Of a stretch of DNA of 64,000 nucleotides, positions 31,021-40,100 are shown one piece after another. How positions within the stretch are numbered: the stretch's first letter is position 1; every line of letters begins with the position of its first letter. Source of the stretch: Candidatus Poribacteria bacterium (GTDB taxonomy: Bacteria; Poribacteria; WGA-4E; PCPOR2b); NCBI GenBank assembly GCA_965116925.1, contig OZ220744.1, forward strand, positions 2,720,001-2,784,000. Direction: 5' to 3'. Under the pieces are notes generated by a model. It saw only the letters and a list, made by a program, of their open reading frames with translations, was not told where the DNA came from and searched no databases. The position numbers and the translations under genes were made by a program.

Positions 31021-31590
31021 TCATTGGTTTGCCAATCGTAGTTCTGCGGTTGTCTTTCCGCCGTGTTCGACAAGCACCTCAATAACGGCTTCATTGCCTT
31101 TCCGAATTGCATCGTCTAACGCGGTTTGGTCACGATCCCCCGTTGCCCGGCGGTTAATATCTACTCCGTGTGTTATAAGCAACAGCGCAGTTCTACGATA
31201 GGCATCTGAGTTTTCCTTGCCGCTGGTTGAGCCGCCTTGCGCTGCGGCGTGGAGTGCTGTTGTCATACCGAACGCATCTCCATTGACGTCTGCTCCATCT
31301 CCGAGTAGCAATTCAACGGCTTCGGCACACCCTGCATCCGCCGCCCAAGCGATCGGGGTTCGCCACCATTGGGCGCGACGTGAGTTGAGGTCTGCCCCTG
31401 ATTGAATGAGTCGCTCACACAGGCCGGTCATATTTCTGTGGGCTGCCCAATGCAGTGGTGTTGCCCCTCGGAGCACACCTTCTCGGAGCGATTCACCGAT
31501 GGCGAGTGCCGGTTGTTGTTCGATAAGTTCTTGTGCAGCTTGTTCATTCCCGTTGTCAATTGCATCGATCAGTTCATCTACAGATGCCAT
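31021..31590 (-). CDS. Ankyrin-repeat protein
   Basis: TPLHWAA, TPIAWAA, TALHAAA and TALDDA repeats with GAD.N. Alternative TTG start at 31602. Confidence 0.9.
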   Translation of the reverse strand: MASVDELIDAIDNGNEQAAQELIEQQPALAIGESLREGVLRGATPLHWAAHRNMTGLCERLIQSGADLNSRRAQWWRTPIAWAADAGCAEAVELLLGDGADVNGDAFGMTTALHAAAQGGSTSGKENSDAYRRTALLLITHGVDINRRATGDRDQTALDDAIRKGNEAVIEVLVEHGGKTTAELRLANQ

Positions 31591-31795
31591 ACTTTGCTCC
31601 AATGAAACTCTGGTTTTTATTCGCGTGATTCACGGACGTTTATTTTTTTTCACGAATCGACATGAATCTTTATTGTTGGTGTTGTAAACTTTCGTAACTC
31701 TGAAAGGATTATAATCAAAAGCTACCGGCTAAGTATAAGGGGACTGCGCGTAAATGTCAACTATCTTTCAAAGTAGCGGAGGCACGGAAATTCTA

Positions 31796-31824
31796 TTGAC
31801 ACCAAATTGGGTCAGTGCTATAAT
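31796..31824 (+). promoter_or_regulatory. Consensus sigma70 promoter for the FNR gene
   Basis: TTGACA-17 nt-TATAAT with extended -10 TG. Confidence 0.85.
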
Positions 31825-31930
31825 GTGCAAACCACAGTTAGATTAGTACGCCGATTAAGCACTTATATCTAAAAAATTAACACTGATCCATGCTCAGAAT
31901 TTTCATCATTAAATTGACGGGAGGCGGACC

Positions 31931-32926
31931 GTGATAACGTCTTTCTTAGAAAAACCTGCTGATTCATCGCTTATGCCAATTCCAGAAACAGCGGTAAATA
32001 TTTATACACCAAAAAATCCCTTTTCGGCAGAGGTCGTGAGTAAATATCGGATTACAGACAGTTCCAGTCCGAACTACGGTTGGCATGTCGTCCTTAATCT
32101 GAAGGGAAGCAAAATGGTGGGAAAATATCGCATCGGTCAGAGTATCGGCGTGGTGCCGACTGGACGCTTCAATGACGCTGAGTTCAATTATGCACATGAG
32201 GCACTGAACGATAAGATTCGCTTGTATTCAATCACTTCTGCTTGCTGGGGCGATGATTGGAACGGAGAAACCGTATCGCTATGTGTAAAACGCGAAATCG
32301 CAGAGGATGCAGAAACAGGCGAATTGGTTTTGGGCGTGGATTCAAACTATATCTGTGATGCAAAGCCCGGCGATGAGATGCTCATCACGGGACCCGTCGG
32401 TAAGAGCTTCCTACTACCGGATAACCCGCTCGACTACAATTACGTTTTCACAGCAACGGGAACTGGGATTGCCCCGTTTGTCGGGATGCTCATCGAGTTA
32501 TTCAATCAGGGCTTTGAGCGGGAGGTCTGGCTTGTCTTTGGCGTTCCGTATTCGACAGACATCATGTATAACGAAGAATTTCTTTATTTCGCAGAACGCC
32601 ACCCGAATTTTCATTATGCAACTGCGATCAGCCGAGAACAGACCAACGCACGCGGCGGCAAGATGTATGTGCAGGACCGGCTCGAAGAGCATCAGGACGA
32701 ACTTATCCCCCTGCTAGCACAGCCGGATACCCTGTTTTATATGTGTGGGCTAAAGGGCATGGAATACGGCATCTATCCGTGGCTCTATCGGATCGGATCG
32801 AACCTTGTCAACCTTCCGGACGGTCTGACTGTAGCGGACATTGAGGGGTTGCCCCGTGATGCTCCGGAGTGGTCAAAGATTGAGAGGGCGCGAGATAAAG
32901 AACGCCTGTTCAAGGAAACGTACTAA
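31931..32926 (+). CDS. Plant-type ferredoxin-NADP+ reductase (PetH-like)
   Basis: RLYSITS, TGPVG, ATGTGIAPF, SRE, MYVQ, YMCGLKGM and C-terminal ETY. Confidence 0.88.
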   Translation: MITSFLEKPADSSLMPIPETAVNIYTPKNPFSAEVVSKYRITDSSSPNYGWHVVLNLKGSKMVGKYRIGQSIGVVPTGRFNDAEFNYAHEALNDKIRLYSITSACWGDDWNGETVSLCVKREIAEDAETGELVLGVDSNYICDAKPGDEMLITGPVGKSFLLPDNPLDYNYVFTATGTGIAPFVGMLIELFNQGFEREVWLVFGVPYSTDIMYNEEFLYFAERHPNFHYATAISREQTNARGGKMYVQDRLEEHQDELIPLLAQPDTLFYMCGLKGMEYGIYPWLYRIGSNLVNLPDGLTVADIEGLPRDAPEWSKIERARDKERLFKETY

Positions 32927-33090
32927 AACTTTAGAAGCACATTTGTTCTTCGGTACATTAGTTCATTTTTATCGTCCTACAGGGGTTAATGAAGCATAAT
33001 GCGTAACGAGTCATACGTAACGTCAAAACCTCTGGAAACGGCGAAAAGGACTTACGCATTATTCCTTACGCATCACGTTTCAATCCCCGT

Positions 33091-33915
33091 TTATCCTACC
33101 TCTTCACCATCAAGCCTACCAACCTGCAGATCGATCTCTTCACGGGTCTCCATCTTATCGATTTTGCCGTCCGCCATGTAGAAAATTCGATCCGAGACAT
33201 CAAGCATCTTTGTGTCGTGGGTGGCTGTGATAATCGTGACCCCATTCTCCTCATTTAGACTTTTCAGGAGGTCAATAATTTCAAGCCCGGTCCGTGTGTC
33301 TAGGTTTCCTGTTGGCTCATCCGCGAGGACAATCGCGGGATCGTTTGCGAGGGAGCGCGCAACGGCGACACGTTGTTGCTGACCACCGGAGAGTTCAAGC
33401 GGCTTATGCTGGACCCGTTCTCCTAACCCCACAGTGGTTAGCAGTTCAACCGCTTTTGTGCGGCTATCATCAGCAGTCATCCCAGCGAAAATCATGGGGA
33501 GGGAGACATTTTCGAGGGCGGTCATCACAGGGATGAGGTTGAACGACTGGAAAATGTAACCGATTTTACGGCAGCGCAGCCATGCCAATTCGTAGGCATC
33601 TAGTTGTGCGATATCCACTTCATCTATGTAGACCCTGCCCTCTGTCGGCTTGTCCAAGCCACCGATCATGTTGAAAAGCGTTGACTTACCGGAGCCTGAT
33701 GGTCCCATAATCGAGATGTACTCTCCACGGCGGATTTCAAAGTTGGTGCCTCGCAACGCCTCAACGACAGTGGTGCCCATCTCGTATTTCTTAATTAGAT
33801 TCCTGACCCGTACCGTGTTTTCCTTGGGTAGATCCCTTGCAAATCGGGCGGGCGTTTCTGTCGGCACGGCGGTCTGCCCTGCTGTTTCCGGAGATAGTCC
33901 TTCTAATTCTGCCAT
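33091..33915 (-). CDS. ABC ATPase, MacB/LolD/FtsE type
   Basis: GPSGSGKST, LSGGQQQRV, LADEPTGNLD and THD. Start reassigned to 33915. Confidence 0.93.
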   Translation of the reverse strand: MAELEGLSPETAGQTAVPTETPARFARDLPKENTVRVRNLIKKYEMGTTVVEALRGTNFEIRRGEYISIMGPSGSGKSTLFNMIGGLDKPTEGRVYIDEVDIAQLDAYELAWLRCRKIGYIFQSFNLIPVMTALENVSLPMIFAGMTADDSRTKAVELLTTVGLGERVQHKPLELSGGQQQRVAVARSLANDPAIVLADEPTGNLDTRTGLEIIDLLKSLNEENGVTIITATHDTKMLDVSDRIFYMADGKIDKMETREEIDLQVGRLDGEEVG

Positions 33916-33916
33916 T

Positions 33917-34336
33917 TTACCTGTTTCCTTTCTTCGCTTTTTGGGGAACCGCAAATCCTACCATTCCCCGCTTGCCTAACTGCCGCATAAACGTGAACAG
34001 CGATGTCTCCGCCTCTTTTCTCGTCATGCGATATTTGTCACAAAGTTGTTTGACGATATAACCGATGGAATTATGTCCATCGCATAGTTGCCACACAAAG
34101 CCTCCGACATCGTCCAAGACAACCACACGGTTGGGAGGCAGCATAAAGAGTTTCGCTACCAACTTTAACCACAGCGTCTCCTTCTGAGGAATAACCAATG
34201 CAACTTCCCCTTTGTCATCGACCTCCCATTCGATTAACTGGTTGCGTAGCGGCAATGATTTTAAGATGTCCCCTCGATCCAGTTGGGATTCTGGACGTTT
34301 CTTGAGTCTGAGTTTGTAAAGGATTGCATTAATCAT
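33917..34336 (-). CDS. PqqD-family / RiPP recognition element (RRE) protein
   Basis: LDDVGGFVWQLCDG..SI..IV..L...Y.....EAE..L..F...L...G winged-helix pattern. Confidence 0.8.
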   Translation of the reverse strand: MINAILYKLRLKKRPESQLDRGDILKSLPLRNQLIEWEVDDKGEVALVIPQKETLWLKLVAKLFMLPPNRVVVLDDVGGFVWQLCDGHNSIGYIVKQLCDKYRMTRKEAETSLFTFMRQLGKRGMVGFAVPQKAKKGNR

Positions 34337-34346
34337 CGGTCTATTT

Positions 34347-34379
34347 GGTTCATTGGTACATTAGTTCATTGGTACATTA
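34347..34379. repeat. Octamer tandem repeat (A/G)GT(T/A)CATT, representative tract
   Basis: Similar tracts near 19979, 29569, 32951, 35645, 38728, 40081 (inverse), 51610, 61571 and 62971. Confidence 0.75.
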
Positions 34380-34385
34380 TCCGTG

Positions 34386-34640
34386 CTATAGCGCAATTTC
34401 TGCCGTCGCGTACGCGAGAGCAAAGAGGAGGAATAGTATAGCGTAACCAATTTTTGAATTGCAATCAGGAAACTTCCTTTTGAGATCCGTTGCACAATAC
34501 ACGGCAACCGCTGCGGAACCTGTTAGGCTCACGCCGAGAAAAATCGGATCTGGAATGTCGAGTTCTCCGATGAAGTACCCCATCAAACCACAGAGAATAC
34601 ACCACAAGAACCAGACGGGACCAGAATCATACCACTTCAT
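34386..34640 (-). CDS. Small 3-TM membrane protein (84 aa)
   Basis: Three hydrophobic stretches; purine-rich RBS before ATG 34640. Confidence 0.6.
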   Translation of the reverse strand: MKWYDSGPVWFLWCILCGLMGYFIGELDIPDPIFLGVSLTGSAAVAVYCATDLKRKFPDCNSKIGYAILFLLFALAYATAEIAL

Positions 34641-34711
34641 CTCTCTTTCCCCCTTTGCCGTAATTGTGGTGCGTGGGTTCATGTTACGTTTCACGTTTCA
34701 CGCGTCACGTT

Positions 34712-35641
34712 TTAATGACGCCGGATGCTCGCCGCAATCTCTTCGGCTGTTCTCGCTGCATCCTGTTTGGCGATCGCTTGGACGACGTAGATCCGATTGG
34801 AGTGATGACAGTACCAGAGGTTCACGGCGAAAGTTTTGCGACGCATAATTTTGTCGATCACCAGCGCGGGACCAAAAGGCACGCGGTCTATGAGACGAGT
34901 TTCCTCTCCGATTAACGTTAGCCGTTCTTCTGCATCGCCGTTGCTGGATTCAATTGAGAAGCCATATCCACGGATGGCTTTGGCGTATCTCCCTCGAAAC
35001 CACTCCTCAAGATCTTGTTCCTTGAGCGTAACATCTGCGACTCCATACCGTTCGATGCTAACTTTTCGACTTCCATCTACGAACGAAAAGAGCAGGTAGC
35101 CCGACAACAGTTTATGCTTGTCGAGGCGATACCGCCGCGGAACTTCTGCATTGAGTTGGTAGGCACTCCAGAGCGTCGCCTGTCCTACCGGGTGATCTTG
35201 AACCGACCTAAATATTCGGCTAGTTGTCTCCTTAATATTTTCCTTGAGATGTCCCATAACCTGCACGATTGTAATTCGCTTGCAGATATGGCAGTGGAAG
35301 ATAACGCCGCTCGCCCGAAAATCGCCCTTCCAGTTGAAGAAAACAACCTCTCTGTCCTCGAAAAACGCCTCATCCTTGATTAGATTGACGTTACGCTGGA
35401 TGTGCAGGTTTGTATCTTTGCGTTTATAATTTTTGCGGACGAGCTTGAAATAGTCGTCGAGGACCTTTTGGAGGTCTGGTTTCTTCTGCTTTGATTCAGA
35501 CCATTTTAACTCAAGGCGCGGCATATCCGCGTCCTCTAGGCGCAGGTATCCACTTTTATCGTCACCAGATAATCCACTCAATTCCCAATCTGCGGGTAGT
35601 TCAAGGGTAATGCCACCCCACCCTAAAGTTGTCCATTCCAT
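34712..35641 (-). CDS. Hypothetical protein, possibly two PsbP/Mog1-like alpha/beta domains
   Basis: 309-aa ORF inside the operon. Two halves each begin W..(L/V)P..(W/Y).L and contain a (F/W)xC motif. Fold assignment is a guess. Confidence 0.55.
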   Translation of the reverse strand: MEWTTLGWGGITLELPADWELSGLSGDDKSGYLRLEDADMPRLELKWSESKQKKPDLQKVLDDYFKLVRKNYKRKDTNLHIQRNVNLIKDEAFFEDREVVFFNWKGDFRASGVIFHCHICKRITIVQVMGHLKENIKETTSRIFRSVQDHPVGQATLWSAYQLNAEVPRRYRLDKHKLLSGYLLFSFVDGSRKVSIERYGVADVTLKEQDLEEWFRGRYAKAIRGYGFSIESSNGDAEERLTLIGEETRLIDRVPFGPALVIDKIMRRKTFAVNLWYCHHSNRIYVVQAIAKQDAARTAEEIAASIRRH

Positions 35642-35681
35642 AGTTGGTTCATCGGTACATTAGTTCATTGATTATGAAGTT

Positions 35682-35814
35682 GGCTCATGTTAAGAAAGCG
35701 TGCAACAGCAACCGAGTTTTCGTAGGGGTTGGGTCACCCAACCCTTACGGCGGGCGGGGAAACCCCGCCCCTACGATTTCGCTTCATATTTTGCACTTTC
35801 TTTTTACATGAGCC
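35682..35814. mobile_element. MITE copy 3, 8-bp TSD
   Basis: GGCTCATGT...ACATGAGCC; ATGAAGTT at 35674 and 35815. Confidence 0.88.
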
Positions 35815-35878
35815 ATGAAGTTAACGGTTGAGGGCATCTAGGGCTTCCACACATGTCACTGATGGTCCCTGACGAATC

Positions 35879-36610
35879 TTAAAGCATTGGACTGTCAGGT
35901 CTGGGATTAGTCTCAGTCCTCTTATTCTCGGAAATCTTGGGGGTAGTGGACGAAGGAATTTCAAGTCCGGTCAAATTCTTAAGAATGGAACGAGCAGCCA
36001 TATGTACCAATTCATCAACAGCCCGTTTGTAAGTCCACTGATCCCCTGTTTGTACAGAAATCTCACCTGTTCCTTCCCAGACGACATCACCCATTGTACA
36101 TGACCAGACTTGTCCAAATATATTCATTTTGATTTCTTTTACTACTAATGGGTCTTTGCTCAAGATCCTTGGTGCAAGTCCCTCTGTTTGTGATTGCTCT
36201 AAGAGTTCGACGTACAATAGATATTCGACACCTACCACTGTCCCAATTTTTATCAGACTGCCTTTGTTCAAGATAGCTGAACGGTTATAGTTGTTTATCA
36301 GTCGTGAATAGTCTTCTATCAATCCCGCATTGCTGATTAAGGCTATTGTTTCAAGGTCCCCTATAAACTTACCTTCAGGAAATTTATTGCTAAGATCTTT
36401 ATTCAACTTATTTCCAAACGGTCTTCGTAATCCTTCCTGACTGGCGCTGGCAACAACAGGAAGTAAGCCCAATCCTCCTGCAGCGAGTGCCCCCTGTTTA
36501 GATTCTGTGGCAAAATAATCGAATTTGACATTCTGTGTAATAGGCGCTGCACAACCTGAAAAAATCACCAACATAAGGGGGAACAGTTTTTGGTGTATTG
36601 ATCGTTTCAT
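35879..36610 (-). CDS. Lipoprotein (CsgG/LpoB-like fold possible)
   Basis: Lipobox FSG-C and G.VVW.G motif; visibly more AT-rich than its neighbours. Confidence 0.65.
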   Translation of the reverse strand: MKRSIHQKLFPLMLVIFSGCAAPITQNVKFDYFATESKQGALAAGGLGLLPVVASASQEGLRRPFGNKLNKDLSNKFPEGKFIGDLETIALISNAGLIEDYSRLINNYNRSAILNKGSLIKIGTVVGVEYLLYVELLEQSQTEGLAPRILSKDPLVVKEIKMNIFGQVWSCTMGDVVWEGTGEISVQTGDQWTYKRAVDELVHMAARSILKNLTGLEIPSSTTPKISENKRTETNPRPDSPML

Positions 36611-36716
36611 CGGTTTTTCCTCTTTGAATGTCGAGATATGAATCTCGACCTACACGATCTGGTTACAGCACATTGCCTTGAATCCCGATTTATCGGGGCG
36701 GAGTGTGCCCACTACT

Positions 36717-38714
36717 TTAGAAAGGCTTGACAATCACCGCTTTAGAGACTAGCGCAATTGCAACCGTTCCCATTCCAATCAGTCCGACACCACAGACAAA
36801 GCCTGCTGCTAAAACGGGATTAAACATGAACCATCGTTTCAGTCCGAATATCTTAATCATGTAAAATCGACCGATAATTGCTCCCATTACCTTTGGAAGC
36901 ATCATGCCTGGATCTGCTCCGATGCCGCCGACGATCCCGTAGAACCACATACTCGGCATCTTTGCCACCCAGAGTATGCCGTAGATTGCCAGCGAGGAGG
37001 CGAAGCCTGCCGCAACATAGTTGCCACGAATGGCTTGCAACATCTGGCTGTTTCCGTCACGAAGCGAGGTTTTCCAGAGGCATTCGTTGGTCGCATAGAG
37101 GGGCCACCACGTCTGTGCGAATGGGTATTGCGCCGACGGAATTGGCGCAACTTTCCAGACAAAATGCCAGACCACAATGCCGGAGACGATCAGGATCGGC
37201 ATAAGCAGCAATCGTGCAGCGATACTACTGGTGAAGGTGGTGCCTGTCAATTCGAGGACACGCCAACTTTGGGTGCCACGTCCGTAGTCTTCGTCCGGCA
37301 GCGGGACGAACCAGATATCGATCTCCTCATAACGACTCAGGATAAATGTAGTTTCGTGGAGATAAGGGATCTCGAAAAGGTCACGGCCGAGGATCCCGTA
37401 CGTTCGCGCAGTGATGTATGAATTGATCGGGGTGTACAAAAAGGCGAATCCGATAAGGAAAACCAGTGGGAAGTTCGGCGCCATATAGGTGTGGACAATA
37501 TAGATAAAAGTGGTCATCCCAAAGAGCCATAGGATTGCCATCAACCAGAGCGGAAAATCGCCGCGTCCCGGTGGTGGTTCTCTTAACGATCTGCCTGCCC
37601 CTGTCTGTTCCTGTCGGGCTTGCTTAAACTTTATCACCATCGGAATCGAGGCTGCCATGCCAACGAGGGCGAAGCTGAACGATTTTCCCATCCCAAAGCT
37701 AATCCAAAAATCGAGACCGTTATATAAGCCTACACCGCGGACATCCAAGCCGGGACGCCACTGATGTAAAATCTCTGCGGGATAGAGAAGTCGTGGGTTC
37801 AGAATAAACTGGGTAAAGAATGCCCCTGCCAGCTCCGTCATGATAATGGGAAATGGCAGCACAAAACCGGTGAGTACCGCTCCGAAGTCGGTCGATAATG
37901 CGAATACACCTGTTGGCGCGATTTCTTCAATTACATTCGTGAAATCGATAAATGGAATTTTCAGGAGCTGTATCGGCGTTGTCATCATCACGCCTGTAAG
38001 TGAGGGGATACCGATATAGATAAATCCCCAGATCAAACCCGCCATAGATCCGACCGAAAAAACCCGCCACCGCCACGTTTCGACACGTCCGGTGGTTTCT
38101 GCTAAGGCGGTCGCGCCCTGTGCTTCGATGGGTGCCATTGGGTAGGGTAGCCGCTCCATATCCGCTGTCAGTCGAAACAGAAAGTAGCCTGCACTGATAT
38201 AGCGGATCTCCCCCAGCAGCTTGAATATCAGGAAGAATGCGATGGGCCAGAACCAGTCCATGTGCAAGAGCGAACGCTCTGCAATCGCTATCGCATCTTT
38301 CGGCGGCACAATCCAGAAAGGGATTTTATCCGCAATTTCATACGACGCAGCTTGTGGCGTATTGATAAAGTATGCGTACCAGATAAAGCCGCGATACTGA
38401 CCCCCGGACCCGACCGCTGCACCGGTGAGTCCAAGTAACATATAAAGCTCTTGTCGCCGAGCGGTTGTGAAAGATCGACGGGCTAGCTCTGTGAACAGGA
38501 TAACTGCGACCCACGGTGCTGCCCCTGCCCCGGATTGACCAGAGACGAGGGTCAGGTAGATTGACCCCGGCATCATCAGCAAGCCGACAAAAAGTGCGCC
38601 CAAAAAGACCTTCAGCGTTAGACCCGATTCAAAAGTGCGGATACCACCATCGATGTCGTAGCGCTGTGCCCAAACTTGCCACTCTTCTGCTTGTGTAATT
38701 CGTTCTCTTGCCAT
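36717..38714 (-). CDS. OPT-like polytopic membrane protein (putative peptide transporter), paralogue 2
   Basis: 665 aa with many TM segments; ERLPYP.AP and PIPS.QYP motifs. Confidence 0.7.
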   Translation of the reverse strand: MARERITQAEEWQVWAQRYDIDGGIRTFESGLTLKVFLGALFVGLLMMPGSIYLTLVSGQSGAGAAPWVAVILFTELARRSFTTARRQELYMLLGLTGAAVGSGGQYRGFIWYAYFINTPQAASYEIADKIPFWIVPPKDAIAIAERSLLHMDWFWPIAFFLIFKLLGEIRYISAGYFLFRLTADMERLPYPMAPIEAQGATALAETTGRVETWRWRVFSVGSMAGLIWGFIYIGIPSLTGVMMTTPIQLLKIPFIDFTNVIEEIAPTGVFALSTDFGAVLTGFVLPFPIIMTELAGAFFTQFILNPRLLYPAEILHQWRPGLDVRGVGLYNGLDFWISFGMGKSFSFALVGMAASIPMVIKFKQARQEQTGAGRSLREPPPGRGDFPLWLMAILWLFGMTTFIYIVHTYMAPNFPLVFLIGFAFLYTPINSYITARTYGILGRDLFEIPYLHETTFILSRYEEIDIWFVPLPDEDYGRGTQSWRVLELTGTTFTSSIAARLLLMPILIVSGIVVWHFVWKVAPIPSAQYPFAQTWWPLYATNECLWKTSLRDGNSQMLQAIRGNYVAAGFASSLAIYGILWVAKMPSMWFYGIVGGIGADPGMMLPKVMGAIIGRFYMIKIFGLKRWFMFNPVLAAGFVCGVGLIGMGTVAIALVSKAVIVKPF

Positions 38715-38978
38715 AACAACCTAAGTCCATTAGTTCAAGGGTTCATGGCTAATTAAGTTACATTAAGGGACTCGATCCGAAACGATTCGGTCCTTCAGTG
38801 CCTTTAATGAGAAGAAGATTCTCCAAACTATCATCGCAATAGGAAGTCTCAGTTATGCTCAATTTCAGTTAGGTGTTGAGATATGAATCTCGACCTACTT
38901 ACCCAATCGGGAATCTATGTTTGTTTGGGGAATAACAATCCTCGTTTTCTGTTTCTTCTGTATGCTGCTCTATCCACG

Positions 38979-40073
38979 TTAGTCCAATGCTTGTAGGAAC
39001 GCTTCAAAACTGGAGGCTTGGATTGCTCTGAGATGCAGTTGTGTCAGACGCTCGGTATCTAGTATCAATTCAAGTTTCTGCTGAACGTGTTGTAGGTTAT
39101 TCTGCGGGAATCTCGCATTGAGTACTGAGAGAATATTTTTGATAGTAGTTTCGCGCGCGCCTTGTTCAATGCCTTGTTCAATACCTTGTGCCTTGCCTTG
39201 TTCAATGCCTTGTGCCTTGCCACGTTCAAGCAGCACTTCTGCCATTGACTGTGCCATTGAGGATACCTCCATTTCTTCTGTATGCCGATCTACCAAGGTT
39301 AGTAACTCGTTGTGTTCTTCAGCAGGACGGCGATGCAGAATCAATAACAACAGATACATAATTGCTCTATACCGCTGCTCCGATTCTGTCACATCCAGCG
39401 AGTTCAACTGTGATAGTGCTTGAACCAACGCTTCGCTTAGTGCCTCTCGACTTGCACCCTCTTTTTGAAGAACCGTTAGCAGCCAGCCCAACGGGTGCCC
39501 TGTCTTTGTTAAATCCGTCTCATCTGTTTCCTTCACGCTTAAAAACAAAGTGTCAAATTTGGGAACAAACCGAGAGAGTAGGTCCGGAATGTCCATTATG
39601 TCAGTGAGTGCCAAGGAAACGCTCCAACGCCGTTCCCCCGTATATAACACCATCGGGAGGATCGGACGCAAACGCCGCTCACTTCCCGGAACATCATCTG
39701 ACTCCCATTCCCTACGTTGTGCGTCCCACAGTTGCGTCATGTAAAACAGCACTCGAAATCCCATCAGCGGATCTACTGTAGATTGGTGTTCAAGCAAGAT
39801 ATAGATGAGCAGTTCATCGGTTTCCGAACCCCGCCGAAATGGCACGCTGAACACGAGGTCCGATTCCTGTTCTCGGAGTGTGTCAGAAATGAAGCTTCTG
39901 TTGAGTGGTGTAAGTTGGTCAAAATCTAAAAACGCTACCAGCTCGTTTGCAACGATTTCTACCAAGCCACGGACATATTGCTTGTCTTGGAACAACCACC
40001 GCGCGCTTCGGTCAGGAAAGTGTTCAATCGGAAAATCGACAGAAGCGCGTTCTTCTGTTTCCTCAGTTTGCAT
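38979..40073 (-). CDS. Rpn/YhgA-like PD-(D/E)XK nuclease
   Basis: ESDLVF, ILLEHQS, FRVLFY, PMVLYTG motifs and G.EQG repeats. Confidence 0.9.
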   Translation of the reverse strand: MQTEETEERASVDFPIEHFPDRSARWLFQDKQYVRGLVEIVANELVAFLDFDQLTPLNRSFISDTLREQESDLVFSVPFRRGSETDELLIYILLEHQSTVDPLMGFRVLFYMTQLWDAQRREWESDDVPGSERRLRPILPMVLYTGERRWSVSLALTDIMDIPDLLSRFVPKFDTLFLSVKETDETDLTKTGHPLGWLLTVLQKEGASREALSEALVQALSQLNSLDVTESEQRYRAIMYLLLLILHRRPAEEHNELLTLVDRHTEEMEVSSMAQSMAEVLLERGKAQGIEQGKAQGIEQGIEQGARETTIKNILSVLNARFPQNNLQHVQQKLELILDTERLTQLHLRAIQASSFEAFLQALD

Positions 40074-40100
40074 AGTTTGATGAACTATTGAACCAATGAG

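Noticed and set aside
33917..34336. PQQ or RiPP biosynthetic cluster
   Set aside because: No pqqABCE, radical SAM or other modifying enzyme, and no clear precursor nearby.
38979..40073. Rpn gene as an IS transposase
   Set aside because: No TIRs or TSD visible, and Rpn/YhgA proteins are not demonstrated transposases.
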